A DNA stretch of 64,000 nucleotides from NCBI GenBank assembly GCA_964016885.1, contig OZ024740.1:344534001-344598000 (forward strand). Reading direction: 5' to 3'. This document shows, piece after piece, positions 29,231-45,529 of the stretch (positions are counted from its first letter, which is position 1; each line of letters starts with the position of its first letter). Source of the DNA: Eledone cirrhosa (Eukaryota). The position numbers and the translations under genes were made by a program. Under the pieces are notes generated by a model. The model saw only the letters and a program-made list of their open reading frames with translations, did no database searches and was not told the DNA's origin.

Positions 29231-31127
29231 GTAATAATAATAAATTTGAAGACTAAAATCCAAAGAGGGCTCGATAAGGATAAATATATATCAAATATAT
29301 AAGAACCTTAGAGCAAATATTTATTAAAATAACAGATCATATATATATATATATATATATACATTTATAGCGTGTGTGAGTACTAACATGCATATATGAG
29401 TGTTTGTGTCAACGAGGGAATAGGTGCGGATGTGTCTATGAATTTAGAATTTCCCTCTTTATTTTGTAACGAAATTCTACTTTTACAGCTTTATTGATTT
29501 CTCTAAAATAAGGACAGTGTTCAAATTAAAGAATTTTCAAAATTTACACCGTTTGAATGGGAAAATCTAACAAGTATTAAAGACAGAGGCTAAGTTCGAT
29601 GAGACGTGAGAGGCCTAGCGCCATTAAATATATCGCCGCAATTTCATCCCTAAAAGATCCATACCGTGTCTCGTACATCCTTTGATACATATACACACAC
29701 ATACATACATACATATATACATACATTCATCTATACATACATGAGGACATATATGTATATGTAAATATGAACAATATAATTAGGTCGATTCAATCGGTTG
29801 GACGACTTTTTTTTTATATGTATATTTGCGCTGAATTTAAAATGAAACTTATGCATATAGTACAAGTTTCAAAAATAGGAGAAATCTAGACTAAATACCA
29901 TATGTTTAATTGCATGCATACATACATTCATACACACAATGGGAATCCCCAGCAAATGTTCTTTATATATATACATACAAACATATCTGTAGTTTCATTC
30001 GCAAACCGCACATCAATATTGAAGAATACATTAAATAATCCCTCTTTCGTTATATAAAAATTAGGCTATCCCAGCTGCTATCAAAGCTATGTTACAAAAT
30101 ACTTGCAGTGCCTTTCCTGATTAGCAACTTAAATTCTCCATTGAACGACATATATGAACAAAGCTGCACTGGTTGGTTGATTAAATACTGCTAATCTGCA
30201 TTTGTGACATACATTTTTATAAAATATTAACAATTAGAAAAGATACTTATATATTTCGACTTTTGCAGATAAAGATAGTTTGTCCTCCAGTTTCTTATAA
30301 AGGATTCTACATCCAAAATATTGACTAATAATTTTAAAATGAAGTCGTTTTGGCTCTGATTTGGATTCACGTCTGTTTACATTCATTTTATTCCAAACTT
30401 GCATTGAAGAACCTATTGTAAACGCTGTAGAGATTTAAGTGAACATTGCCTGATTTCTCTAGTGGGTTAAGCGATGAAGACTTCCAGGTGCGTTTCAGCT
30501 GTTTTATTGCTTTTAAAATAAGAACCAGTTATACATTAGTATAAATGCAGTTGAACTCTTTCTCCTTCTCCCACTATATTCTATGTCTCACACTAGCTCG
30601 CTCTTTTCTTATTGTCTTTACATTATAAAGAAAAAAAAATCAATAATTTAAACTTGAATTTAATCCTAGTAGGAATATTATCAGTAAAAAGGTTATTTCA
30701 GACCTAAGATATATTTTTGTATTTTTGCTATAATACAAAGCAGCTACCGATATATGATGGTAATGTTGGAATCGGTCGTTAGACAGAATCATTTGAAGGA
30801 TGAAATCTCATGGATTATGTCATCTATCGCTTAATGTACTCGGTTGAGTTCAGGCTAAGTGAAGAAATGAAGTGTAAAAATTATGTTAACTGCCATAGCA
30901 TATTAGTGTTTTGATGGAAATAGTGGGATTTCTCATTCTTTATCTGTTCAGAAACTGAGCATCTACTGGAGCAGAAAGAAATAGCGTGGCTTGCAGATAT
31001 GCCATTTCACAAGACTATTACTGGCAGCAATTGATAATCAATGATCAATGAACTTAGATCAGTCTCCCTCTTCTGTCTTCCCCTCTTCTTTCCTCCCTAT
31101 CTCTTTATTATAGCTCTCTTTGTCTTG

Positions 31128-31163
<36 letters not shown>

Positions 31164-31182
31164 TATGACTGTGTCTGTGCAC

Positions 31183-31250
<68 letters not shown>

Positions 31251-31633
31251 GTGTGTGTCTGTGTGTATCCACATGTGTCTGTGAGTGTGTGTGTGTTTGT
31301 ATATATATTCATACTCTTAGCTCATCCAGCCATAGAAAGTAAGACGTCTTTTCTCTCTCTTCCTCGACATACATATATGCATACATGTACATATAAGTGT
31401 ATTTATGCATGTGCAACTGTGTCTGTGTTCATGCGCGTGTATGAATGTATATATGTGAGTAAGTATGCTGGTGCATACTTTTACGTATTCTAATAGTGAG
31501 TGTATCCAAATGTTTATAGATATGTACATACACCCACCCATACGTACACACGCACGTTTCTCCATTTGAAACTCTTCCCATATTCTTCCCAACCTTAAGA
31601 AAATCAACTACCATTCGCTCTCTCTCTCATTCT

Positions 31634-31693
<60 letters not shown>

Positions 31694-33699
31694 TCTCCGT
31701 CATTCTTTTCGCCTCTCCTCTCCTTCTGCCCTCTGATCGATCTATCTACCTTTCAGTAACTTATTTCATATAGTTCTTCCACCTTTCAATCGTATTTCGT
31801 ATATTTTCGTTTTACACATCCTGCTTACCCTTCAAATTCTGGGATTGACGTAATTGACTGTTTCGTCTAACCAAATGTGTGAGAATGTGCCTATGTTAAC
31901 AATAAGTAAAAGTGAACAAATCTTCAGGAATTGTTATATAACAACGAAAAGAAAAGGCTTGATCTACATATTAAGCTGACGAAAATCCCTCGTGAGAGTA
32001 AACACTTATAAATATGAATCCGTACATTACATATTGACTAGTGTGGTCGTATCTTGACAGAAAATATAATTACCACACTCCATATATACATATATGTATA
32101 CAGGTATACATGTAAATATATATATATATATATATATACATAAGCTATTTAAACGTATGTTATTACTCTAAGGACCTACCCTTATTGAGTGCTTTGCTAG
32201 CTCATTCCTATTGAAGGTCGACTTTGCTTGGCCACAGCCAAAGCTTCAATTTTACTAAGCTTCCACTTGTATATATATATATATTACAGGTGTGGCTACA
32301 GGCGACCGAAAGTGGCAATCACCATATAATGTGGATGTAAGGCGTATTTATATTGAGAGATTGACATGTATATTTCTGCAATACTAGCAGATTCGTGACG
32401 TAAAACGTTCAAAATCTTTAGAATAAAGATAGACAATGTAGGTTAGGGGGATGTATAATCCTTCCATTGTTCTGTTCAAATCCCGTCGTGCTGTTGAGAA
32501 ATCATCAGCAAGAAGCTTTGGCATCGTGGTGGTTGCAATAACTATGAAGCATTTAGCGCCTCCATATATGTATTCTTAGACGCCTTAGTGGCATCATTGA
32601 ATCAGTCATGTCTTCTAATCTATTATCTTGTGTAACTGCCTGACTAAATGCTCAATATCCAACTTGTGTTATATCTGAAGATGGTGTTAGAGTGATGTAT
32701 GCATTTTTATGTTCTACAATCAGGTTCGATGATGGCGCTTGTACGTATAGGGTAGATATAAGGTGGTTTTAGTTTTGTATGCAGAGATAGTGTTTATTAT
32801 TCTGGGGCGAAGAGGGCGTCTTCCATGCATTGTAGTGTATCCCTAGTTCCACTTCTCACAAGTATCTCATTGTAATGGTTTCTAGTCTAGTTCAAAATGT
32901 CAGACGATAGACCAGAGATTCTGCTAACCCCGTACACTAGGCTTGTAAAAATAGCTGTGGTAAGTTGTAATATATATTACTATTTAAACTCTTTTGCCTG
33001 TTCCAGCCACCCGGCTGTATATAGTAACTTATTTATATGATCGCTATAAGATTGGAGTTAATTCTCTTTCTTTGACAAGAAATATGTAAATACACAACTT
33101 ATTAAACACTGTATTTGTATTATTGGCATTATGTTATTTTGCTGAATTCCAATCGAAATATAATATTACTTGAAAGGATGATGAGTCCTTCTCTTAGTCC
33201 CACCTGCACAATAGATAAGGTGGTTTTAGTTTACAATAGATTGTATGAAGAGAAAGTATTAAAAGCAGCAATACGTCCAGATTTTTAATCGCATTACATA
33301 TGGCAAAATCACTGATCAATTGAATAATAATACTCTATTTCAATTAAATTTTGATTAACATTTGGGAGTTCGCCCCCCCCCTCCCCTGACATGCTAGCAA
33401 TGAATCATCTTCCATAGCAGTGGTGTACTTCTAATTAATTAATATTTCGTGACTCACTAATGTAGGTATATTAACATTGACGATAAGTTTTAGTATATCA
33501 AGTAGCTCCGAATTCTAATGAGCTTAAATCACACTAGCTTGGTATGCCACGTGTTTAGAATATGCTTACCCGTACTTCATTGGTGTTACCTCAAATTCCG
33601 TAGACCTTTTGACATTAAACGTTAGTGCAATAAATTCAATATCCTAAAGGTGAAATTAATAATTAAAAAAATATAATTTTCTTCATATCATTTCTGTAA

Positions 33700-34062
33700 C
33701 CATTGGCCGTCTTGACAGAGGGACACCAAGGAAACGATACAAGGACTGTTTAAAACATTCCCTTTGTGTCTGTCACATCGACCATCACCTGTGATCCACC
33801 CTAGCTAAGAACCATGATGCCTGGTGTCTGTGTCATCAACAAACGCTGTCTCCACCGTCAAAAATACCCGTAGGGGCATCTTAACCAGGACAAAATGCAC
33901 AGGAGGAGCAACAGTACAAAGTCATCAAACCCTGAATAGATCTTCAGTTGCAGCCACTGCACCCTGCCTACTTGTCCCACATTGGACTAAACAGCCACGA
34001 ACGTGCCTGAAACCAATGAGGACAATCGCTTCATAATCTTTGTTCGCGAAGTTAATCCATGA
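33700..34062 (+). mobile_element. RTE-clade LINE 3' end fragment
   Basis: GRLDRGTPRKRYKDCLKHSL..C.ID...W(*)..LA; C-terminal CSHC..SHIGL.SHERA zinc finger. Confidence 0.75.
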
Positions 34063-36049
34063 TAAACACTATATAAAATGTATGCATATTATGTTACCAG
34101 AGAGTTGGTTAAGGTTCATTATCTTCCTTTTTTTTCCAATGACGCGCGGAAGCAGATTGACTGAAGTTTGTTGATTTGGTTTTGGCCTAAATCGGCCTCA
34201 GTCATGCAGATGGATAAAGAAAGGATGTCCACCCAGGAACCTCTTTTCCAAAACGGGGTATATGTTGATGAAACCAAACACTAATGTTTCATTGGTGTTT
34301 TATTTATTGTCTCTGAAATTTTAAAAAGCAAAAACAATGTAAGTAAATTGATGTCACTAAACACTATATTATTTAGTCCCACATGTTATGGCTTCTAACA
34401 GTTCATCATTTTGAATAGTTTTAAGAATATCATTATTCAAAAATGTATATTTTAGTTGCAATAAAAAGTGCTGATTTAGGGATGAGAATGTTGAGGCATC
34501 TACGTTGGCAAGATATCTTCTAGAAATAGGAGTCAAATATATTTCAAATTACACACTAGTGGTAACCCAAAAAAACAAAAACAAAGATAGAATAATTTAC
34601 AATACATAAGATAATGTAGTATTATTTAGAGGATGCCTGAAATAAAAAGAGATTGCATGGTCGTGACTGAACTACATGTGAACATGTCTTCTCAACTTGG
34701 AGCGTTGCAACAAAAATATCCCTGCATTTGTTTCCTGAAAATGTGCCTATAAATGAAGTGACATGTTGAGAAACTTAAGATTTCGCTTATAGTTTAACGC
34801 CGTCTCATAAGGAAGAGAGATGATTAATTGTTATAGGATCATTAGTGGAAGCGATAAATGATATGAATTTACTAAACCTCATGTTAGATAAAGGTTTCCT
34901 ATGTGTCTGGCCTATCAGCAAGCAGGCATTATACGTGAAATATTTGTTGTGGGTAGGAGATGTTTTGTTTAACGGCGTCTTCAGTTATGAAATTCTTTTC
35001 CTTTCAATGAAGATAAGAAGGGAGTTAATCGACGTATTACTTTATGATTTATGAGTAGTTGTTTACACATCATACAACATTCATACATCACATAACACGT
35101 GTTTTCGCATACATTTTCTTTTAAATTTATTTCCTCAATAAATCTATCTTATTTTTTCATAAAAGCGTTAAAAATGAAACGACTTTAAACGCAGCGACTT
35201 TAACTAAGGATTGACGATATTTAAAAACAGTATACCTTTTTTTAAAAATATTTTCTCGACAGTAAACGATTTGGTAAAATCAAAGTGGGATATTAAACAA
35301 ACAAAAAAAGTAAAAAGTAAAAACAAACAAAACGGAAATAATAAAAAAACAAAAACATATGGCATATTTCAGCTTTCAAATTCAATAAAGATATAAAGAA
35401 AAAAGAAAGAAAACAATTTTATATTAGAGCGCTTCAGTTTTCTGTTATCCCAATAAAAAAAGCATAGTTTATTTGATATGAGAATAAAATATAAAACAGC
35501 CTCAAACTTAGACAAACAGACGTTACTCAAACATTAATTATTTTGAAAAGAATTTAAAAAAGCATTTGTTTTATTAATGTCAAAAGAAAGTTAATAGTAA
35601 TTAGAAACAAAACAAAATCTAACGTTTAACGCATTTCACAGACTTTGATCGTATTAGCAACAACAAAAAGTTCAGTAAAAGGTACGTAAAAAAAAAACAC
35701 GCACACTGAAAACTAATATCGAAGAAAACACCTTATTTCTATATAACGACAATTCTATAGATGGTAGTGCAAAATATTAGATTTCTAATTGTTAACATAG
35801 AACACAAGGATCATATTTTCTGAGGGGGACATGTACACACGTGTAAATCGATTGAAGTACTTCACTGGGCGCTTGTTTCATTGACGCAGTAAGATTTCAA
35901 TATAAATTTGACCTAACAAAAGTAAATACATCAATAATTACCAAAAATTTTACCTTGTCTCTTATCCTCTTACTGAATTGGAAAGAGTGAAACAAACACT
36001 GCTGTTGTAGCAATCGACTCAATATTTGGAAGCATTTGCTTATGTACTC

Positions 36050-36720
36050 CAATTTTAAGTCCCTGAATTCTTCTCCAGTTCCAGTTATCTTGCTCTAAAT
36101 ATAGAGAGTTTGATCGATAAAGTTCCCTTATCAGTTGTAGTGCAACAAGGTCGAAATCCTTGTATATCGATCTAAATTCATATATATATACGTATATCTC
36201 ATAGAGGGATGGGCTGAGTTATTCTCTCAGGAAAACTTGTATGTGGCCATCGATGAGTTGAATAACTCTCCCACCCTGCATCATACAAACTTAATCTAAA
36301 ATTTTTCAGTCCTCTATCAACAGCGAGACTACCCCCATAATAAAAAAAAAAAATTGCGAATGCTATCTATGAAGTGTTTGCAATTGCAGAACATGTAAGG
36401 CCGAGACGTTTCCTGTTGACATGTCGGAATATATTTCACAGGATAGGTTATTTTCTTCACATGGTTCTGACTTATAATCTTTCTGTATTTACAACTCGTT
36501 CGCACCCTTTCAGACAACATTGCCTCTTCATTGAGATTAGTGATGAACCTAAAAGTCATGCTGTAACATAACGCTCTTGTTTCACTTAGTACTGCTTCCA
36601 CAAAGTGTATATCTGCACTCTTATTCAAAATAACGCCTTTTAAGCCGAACATTTCGAATGATCTTCGTATCGGTTAGCTTGAGCGGATTACAATCGTTTT
36701 GATTAATCGTTTCAATAAAA
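36050..36720 (-). mobile_element. Possible old Helitron RepHel N-terminal relic
   Basis: Minus-strand peptides QCCLKG and CKHFIDSIRN resemble the CC.NGK and FL..IR.YN motifs at 7990-8115; a Helitron-like end GCCGGG..CTGCTAG lies at 36884-36901 but on the opposite strand. Confidence 0.3.
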
Positions 36721-38461
36721 TAGTAATGTATTCATACACTTCACGAATATTGTTTACTACTTGTCTTTTGTAGTGTACCTAGTAAATCCTTAATGTAATA
36801 GTTTATATATCTACTCTTACTGGTTTATTATATATAATACTAATACTTTTATATCTCTTAACTTATTAAGTAATACAACCAATGCCGGGTTGTTCTGCTA
36901 GAACCGATATTGTTATCCCTCAAGAACGTATAAAGTCTCCCTATATTGAATTAGTATACGCCAAAGATTTTTCTGTGTATCTAAATCTGCAAAACTGTGA
37001 GCTATTATTGGACCGTGAGATTTACCTAATAGACACATCATTAATTCAGTCATTTTTTTTATTGATAAATAATTGATTTTATAAAATTACTTATTTTGAA
37101 AGTATATTAAATCCTTGTCATTGAACATTTATTATTGATAAAAAGGTATAGGACGAAATCAGGGTACAGATCTGATATGTTGAAATTATGTCTTATAAGA
37201 CCTTATAAAACTGTAGACCAAGGTGTAACATAGTTGGTAAAGAGTTGTCTAAAATTTATAAAGTGCCGAGTGTTATCCCACTACATGGTGTAGTGGATAT
37301 TTGTTTTACTACCAATTACTGTCAACCCAAAACTTGGGAGTAATTGCGTTAACATATACTCTATGCAAAAAGCCTAGCAGATCGGTTGCATCTGTAATTT
37401 AAACATGAAGTCTTGACATATATGGAATCAAACAGATTTGGATGAGGGATTACATCAAACGTAAATCTGTCTACAACTCTTACAATTTAATTTAACAAGT
37501 TCATAGAAAAACTGAATTGTCTTCGTATAAAGAAACCGACGATATACTAGTGCTATAATATACCTTTGTACTGGGTGAGTTTGAACTATGTTCTTTCTGT
37601 CTAATTCAATTAATCATGCAATAATTATGTAATATTTTGTAGTTTCTCATTTCCAGCAGCTTTACATTTACTTGTATGCTTTAATAAGTAATTTTCCTTT
37701 TGTTTTCCTATTCCATCTCATAAATCTTCTTAACATTTTCACTCGGAATTATCTATCTGCTTTTCCTACAGGTCACCAGAAATATTTCTATTTCTATTGC
37801 TGATGGTACTACATAATTTGGTTTTAGCTCATTTTTCGTAAAATCGTTTCCCATTGTTGAAGAACTGTTTGTTTTGTTGAAAGTGGTGTGGATATTCATA
37901 ATAACGGATTCATTGCAATTTATTGGAGATCTCCTGACCAAAGTGTTGTGATTTTTGACACTAATTCCCTTCTTTTTTTGTTATTATATATTATCATGAT
38001 ATTTGTCTCTCTCGTTTTCATTTTTGTAATTTCTATACCGACTATATCAAAAATTGAGATTTTTTCTTTGCTTTTTCTATATATCGGTATTTGTATGTTG
38101 GTTTACAATGTTATTTGCTTTGGGTAAAATCTTTCTATATGAAAAGGCTTCAGAAAGTACCTTCGTTTCCTTGTGTCTACTATGACGACAACGGCTGTAT
38201 AGTTGAGTTGATTTTTCCTTGCGATCATGATGTTTACATTTGTTTCCAATATCGGTTGCGTGTGTGTGATTTTTTTTTTACTGTTGCTATTTTATCATTA
38301 AAGCATAACACTGAGAAAGTCTTTTGTTCGTCTTGAGGAAAATCTATTGATTTTCCCCCTTTAGCTATTTTCCTTTTGGATTATGCTCATTTTCAAAATG
38401 TCCATCTATCTATCTATCTATTTCTCTCTCTCTCTCTGTATATATATATAGAGAGAGAGAG

Positions 38462-38520
<59 letters not shown>

Positions 38521-39049
38521 CTAATGTCTTTCTCATATTCGAATGTTTTCATACTTTTACTGGTGCGTTTCTAGTTCGGAATATGTTGGTCGATACTCTG
38601 TAGGAATAAAAGAGATTTAGATGTTTTGATATTTATCATGTTTGACATTCTTGCACTTTGAAAATATTCAAGTATATTTAACAAGTATCTACAGAGTTGA
38701 TTTTTTGTTTATCTTTATTCGTATTAAAATCATGCAATCTTTCCTTTAAACTTTCTATTCGTATATTTTATATATACTTGGCTTTAAACATGTAATGTTT
38801 TCGATGACAGAGTCACCAAATTCGTGTTTTCGTTATTTAAATATTTTGATTTAATCCCAGTGTGTTTTATAAAATGTTATATTATTTTATATTTCTTCTA
38901 TGTTCAATAATCCTTAACAAATCGTTCATAAGTTAATTGTGCAATGTTCTTACATATATCATCATTTTACTATAACTCAGTAAAATACAAATCTACGTAT
39001 TTGATCTTGTAAGTTGAAAAACTTGTGGCAAATAAATAAATTATTAGGG

Positions 39050-39300
39050 CTCGATAAAATAAAGTACCAGTAAACATTGGGCTAAACTTAATCGACTTTC
39101 TACTCCCCTCAAAGTTGTTGGCTTTGTGCTTAGATCAGAAAACATGTTTATATCAGCCGATGTTAACTTTGCACTTCCTCCTTACGGTGTAGATAAAATA
39201 AATTACCTGTAATGCACTGGGAGCCATCTAATCGACTTTCGTCTTCCCCAAAATTAGAAACGATTATTTCGCCTCCCCTAAAGAAGAAACAATTATTATT
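39050..39300 (+). mobile_element. Partial SINE A-related copies
   Basis: TCGATAAAATAAAGTACCAG and TCCTTACGGTGTAGATAAAATAAA cores. Confidence 0.65.
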
Positions 39301-39589
39301 ATTATTATTATCTCTGTCGGTTGATATATACGGATATGTTATTTTGTAGCTCTTGTAAGCGTTATTTTGCTATAATTTTTGTTTTGTTTTAAAGAGGACA
39401 TGAAGCTTTGGTCTTTATCCCTAAGAAAGATGACCCCCAGAATATTTTGTCCTTGGGCCAAAATATTCGGATTTTATTTGCTTCAGAGACTGGATCCCTG
39501 CAATGCACAGCAGCATCTGCTCTCTCGACAAAGTAAATAGAACCATTTCAGATCACTCCTTCAGTCCGTCAGAAGTGCTCTCTCCCCTC

Positions 39590-40915
39590 TCTTTTGCACG
39601 TATTGACTCTCAAGTTTTTACTACGTGGATGTGCTGCCATGGTGGAGAACACCTCGGAAATCGAGGTAGACGGAACCGTTTTCGAAGAAAATAAAAGAAT
39701 GACAGTAGGAAAACTGAATCCGGAAAAGTCAGTGGGTTTGCAACTCTGCATTAGTAGAAACAAATCCAGACCGTTCAACAGCGCCATCGGATGCTGGACA
39801 GACGGACAAGTGAAGTTGCCCGGGGTATGGTTTGGTCCGGACCTACAGGTAGGTAAGAAATTAGACAAGATAGCGAGTAGGGTTTCCACTCTCACCCACA
39901 AATGGGCCGGAAGTAAGCTATCTCTAATGGGTTGGGTGGAAATGGTGAACACGTACATCGCGTCCTTCATATACTTTTGTGCTTTGCCACCATTCATACC
40001 TCACTAAATTGGAACGTCTACTCTTTGTCGAAGGGGTAGGTTCCATTGGTGAGGTGGTCCATCTGCTGGCAGCACACTCTCCGCCGAGGGCTGTGTATGC
40101 CGTGGTTGATGATGTGCAAATATGCGCTGAGGCTACACCGTCTTCCGATATTCTTTAAAAATGAACAGCTGTGGTGGTCGTATTCTGTGAGACATGCCTT
40201 TCCGCAGCTCGTCTCTTTAACTGAGCTGCAGTCCTAGATCAAGGAGAGATCGCAGCTGACCGGCTGGTATCTGAAATGTTGCCAGGCACCCACTGCCCTC
40301 TACCAGGTGTTTAATGCGTTCAGTGGATATTTCACTCTTGTGATCTATAGAGGGTTTGTATTGGACAAGAGCTACGACGTCCTCGAAAAGACCTAGGTGT
40401 CAACCAAATTGAACTAACCAATAATTTCAGCAGGACTTTTGAGCCAGGACTAATGATAACTTCCATAAATCCCTCGCTTGGCAGTACTATCGGTGGGAGG
40501 GGCGCTGGTGGTTCAATATAAACTATGCAGGCACGGAAGTGCGGTTAGGCGGACATGTCAGTGATGCGTGCAGATCAACGAAACCGTTCATGACTCAAGT
40601 ATAGAGTTATGTCCAAAAGCTGTTACCACGCGTAGAATGGGGCTGGCTATCGACTAAGACCATTATGAAGATCGCCGAGAAGGACAGGCAATTTGCCTCT
40701 GCCTAGTGGCTGTAGCAAAAACCTCGTGTGGTGGATGTGGTTGAGACAAACGCTTTTCTCTTCTACCAATCCCTCATCATCTTTTTCATGTATTACTTGA
40801 AGGAAGGTGAGGGTGGAGAGGGAAGTGTTACCCACAGTACATTTGCGAAAACGTAGGTGAATGTAGTGAGAATGTACCGTGTGAATGGGCCTACACTGAT
40901 CACACGCCTGTAGTC
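39590..40915 (+). mobile_element. L1/Tx1-like LINE ORF2 3' half (decayed)
   Basis: KLNPEKS..VKLPGVWFG..KWAGSKLSLMGWVEMVNTYIAS (post-RT region), GLCMP, then zinc-finger region and LKEGEGGE/RKVRVERE-like end. Confidence 0.75.
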
Positions 40916-40948
40916 TGGCTTACTTGGAGAGGTGCACCTCCCTTCTCC

Positions 40949-40979
<31 letters not shown>

Positions 40980-41921
40980 ATGATGAGGGGGAGCAGGATG
41001 AGTATAAGGATTGTAGTTGTGATGGTGATGATAATGATAAAGAAGAGGGTGAAGAAAACAATGATGAAAATTTAGATTATGATGTTGGTGATATGCTGCT
41101 GATTTTGATAATCTTAATGGTCATGATGTTCCTTATGGTGATTAACATTCTCCTCAACAGGAGGATGAGGATATTGTATAGTTATATGAGGAAAACAGTA
41201 TAAAAAAAAATATTATAACGTCTACAAAGAAGATTCGTTGATTACAAAACAGTACATTATCTTATTATAATTAGATTTATATATAATTAATAATGAACCT
41301 TAATAATTCACTGTCTACTGTATCTAATTTACAACGAGCCATTAGTAATATAGGTACCATTTTTAAGGCTCCACGAGATAATTACCTCGATAGCTAGATT
41401 AATTAAAAAGGGAGAATTTTGTTAGGTTTGATTACACAGATAGTTGTAACCGAGCCTCTTGAATTTAACGAATAGCAATATTTATACAGGACCACACAAA
41501 TTGTTAAGAGAACCTAAGTTCCCTAATAAGTGAAGCTTTAAAACAAAAATACCGAGTTTTCGCTCACTCGCCTAAAGTGAATATGTAAAGTAATCTACAA
41601 AAAATAATCAAATCTGAAAGATCAACTATTCTCTAAATCTACAGGATCGTATATCTATGGGGGAAAAGTACACATAAGATTAATCTTTTCTTTTACCACA
41701 AAGGCAACCAGAACTAACTAATATATTACCAGAGTCAACCAAAATAAACATAACTTCTAGTGTAAATCTTGCTACAAGTTGCTTATTTATGTGTTTGTGC
41801 AAGAATACACACACTCATAAAAGTAAATACACAATCTTTCACAAGATTCAGAAGAAATGCATACACACGCATAGAAACCGACACGCATACATACATTCAT
41901 ACTCACACACACACATATACA

Positions 41922-41971
<50 letters not shown>

Positions 41972-42951
41972 CTTATGAGAAATGAATAAGACATACAGTG
42001 ACATACATGTAAATATTTAAACGTATACAAAATATCAACGCACATAAATGTATATACACATTCTATCACACAAAGAGCCCCCCCCCACATATATATATGT
42101 ACATAAGGGTGTCTATTGTAGAGCTTGCGGCTTATATCCATAATACACATGTATATACATACATACATACATACATACATGAATACACAAAAGCATAGAT
42201 ACCAAAATATATTTCAACAGTTGCTATTGGTTTCTTTTTCTTAAATTCTATTTTGTCTTCTGTCCTGAAGTTTGAAGCAGCCCTGCCTTTCGTTTATTAT
42301 TGGTACTCATTTAACAGAAACCTAATCCACCGAGTTTGATAGTTTTTATAGACAATTCAATAAATATAATTAAAATTCATTTATACATATATCTATGATG
42401 TTTATTTTACGTTTCGTTGGGTTTTTTTACACGGAAAAAACATTTTATCTTGTCGTTACAAAGATTTTTTTAAATAGGAAAAGACGAAAATCATATTTAA
42501 AATATTGCAGATATATATTTTGTAATATTGTTGATGCTGTTACACGCTACTGAAGTTATATTTTTACGTATTACCTATTCGAATTGAAATGTGTAATATC
42601 ACAACATCGTTTTTGAGTTATAATAATTTCAAACCACGTTTTATCATTTCATTCACATAATTTATAGATGATGAATTTGTGCTTAATTTAGGATAATTTG
42701 ATAATTATATGCATTTAATATATTTTGTCTAGATTTGCTGTATTTCTTTCAATTTGCAACATATACTTTTGCAAAATTCAGTTTGGTTTCATCCCAACCT
42801 GCACATATATTTGTTTATGCAGATTAACTTTAGCTTTTAGCGAAACAAGAGTTCATTAGTCCTAAATGACTGTTGTTTATCGATGCATTAGCAGATGTTT
42901 ATATTGCATAAATAATATTACTGCATTTCAATAACTTTGAATAAAACATGA

Positions 42952-43006
<55 letters not shown>

Positions 43007-43184
43007 TATATATATATATATATATATATAAACATACACACACATTAAACAAAGGAAAAAATAAAATATATAACATTTAGTGATTAGTTTATGCAGAAAT
43101 GCTTCAGGATGAGATATTTGGAACTGTACTAATATTGCACTTGATTTATCTGATAGATAAACAATCAAATTCAGGCTTAATAAT

Positions 43185-43395
43185 GGTTTCTGATTTAGTC
43201 ACAAGGCCAGCAAATTTGAGCGAGGGGAACGTTGATCAAATAAACCCCAGTGCATTACTGGCTTATCCAGTGATAGACCCCGTAAAATAAAAAGGCACAG
43301 CTAACCTCGGCGGGATTAGTACTCAGAAGGGTCATAGTTCTATGCTGCAAAGAATGGTGTGTGACGCTCTATCGATACTGCCAATCCTCCACCTT
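43185..43395 (-). mobile_element. SINE A-related copy (second older copy near 43615-43760)
   Basis: CACAAGGCCAGCAA, CCAGTGCATTACTGG, ACCTCGGCGGGATT. Confidence 0.7.
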
Positions 43396-44332
43396 AGGCT
43401 TAATAATGAAAAAACATATATAGATAATGTAATTGTAATATTCTTTTTTTCCCTTGTAACACCCGAGGGAATCGTAATGGCACCGCATCGATATACGGCG
43501 TATCTAGAACATTTTAAAAACCTGGCGGAGTCCATCTACAGGTTTGAATACTGTAGATTTATCCCAGAGAAGGATAGAGAGTGAGAGAATGGATGTGAGA
43601 AAGAGATATATAAGAAGTATCGATCCCAGTACTAGACTGGTACATTTTCATCGATCTCGAATAGATAACATGCAAAGGTTACCTAGTGGGATTTGAACAG
43701 AGAAAGCAGAGAGCCGGAACGAATAATTTGTAATTTATTTTGTCTAGAAATAACCTACTGCATGGTCACGTCTGGTTAAATTCTATGTATATTTCAGATT
43801 GACCAAATCTGATCTTGTGGTAAACATCAACATCTACTGTTGAAGACAAACTATAACACCATTGGCTAATTCTTGAATACATACGTGCGTACGCACTCAC
43901 TCACACACAGAGAAAAGAATTGCCATTGGAGAAGAAAGTCGAACTCATTATTCTCTCAGTTCGACCAATTCTGTCGCTTTCGTATATATATATATATATA
44001 TATATATAATCAAGTTTCGAGCACGCGTGCTGGAACAAAGAGGAAGGGCTGAATAAACACAAATACACTATCGCTTGTATCTTTATCTGGTACATTCAAT
44101 GTGAAATGGTGGACAGGGGAATTGTCTGAATTCACGTGGAGTAGACTGTACCTGTATTTAAAAGTACCAAATATGACACCCCCTCTGTCACACTAAATCT
44201 GTTCGAATTTACTACAGGGTGTATATGTTTTAGGCATTGTTGTTTTTGGGGGTGGGGTAGGATAACTTACAGGTTTTCAGTAAATAGCTTCATTCTTTAT
44301 AATATATTTAAATTCTCTCTTTGACTCTCCCT

Positions 44333-44480
<148 letters not shown>

Positions 44481-45333
44481 TTATGGTAGGTATATATTTA
44501 TATTGCTTGTATATGACTTTTTTAGTATATCCTTAACTTAAGACAAATTTAGATTATTTATCGGACCCTGATAAGGAGCCAAATGTTACAGAATGAATAT
44601 TGTATTGGAAAACTAGACGAAATGTCTGCTGCTTTTGTTATGTCATAATCATGGCATTGTTTTCATTGGCAAGGAACATAGCTTTCAACAGCCAAGTATG
44701 ATATATTTCTCCAATCTAGACAGCTAGATCAATCGAAAATTAATGAATGCTTCGATAACAATATAAAGGGGTTCTATCCAAATAGTAAGAGAATCATCCA
44801 CATCTTTATTATTGGGACGATTCTTTTCCTAATATAATACATGTGTAATAAAATAATTTATTACATTGAAACAGAAGAGAAGAGCGTCAGTAGATTAGAT
44901 ACACAAAGCCTGAACTGGTAAAATAATATCTACTCCATTTTATGTCTATTGCGATAAGATAATATACGCACTTTGAGCATAATCATTCATAAATACAGTC
45001 AAACATTAACTGCATCAGATGTCAATACATATAACTAAAGTATAGAAATTATTTTAAGATAGAGAAGGTTAGCACTGATGTTTCGCCTATGTCCGATATC
45101 ATCAGATGCAGCATTTAAAAAAACAACCCAACAGGTAGAATTATTGTCAAGAATTATTACACACATACACCCTCACACAAACACACACACATACACACAC
45201 AGGCATACACACACACATACACTGAGACACACACACACGCATCGATATATATATATATATATATACATATAAAGAAATTCGTTTTCAAATATAAAAACTG
45301 AAACGGTGTAGGTGAACAAGTTATAACAGCTTA

Positions 45334-45367
<34 letters not shown>

Positions 45368-45529
45368 GAGCAAACAATGAAGACACCAAAGAAGCAGTCA
45401 ACCGCTTGCAAACATTTGTTCATTTGAAGGTGAATCAACTCGTATCGTTGGGATTCTGCATGATTACGATACCCACTCGGAAACTAATCATGTATCAATT
45501 ACTGCCCGTATTTGAGCTCGCCCTGATGT

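Noticed and set aside
32290-32960. Possible old LINE relic
   Set aside because: Could not recover a diagnostic motif in any frame.
44562-44630. CTGATAAG...GACGAAATGTC candidate
   Set aside because: No convincing helix II or helix I; C3 with A8 is not compensatory.
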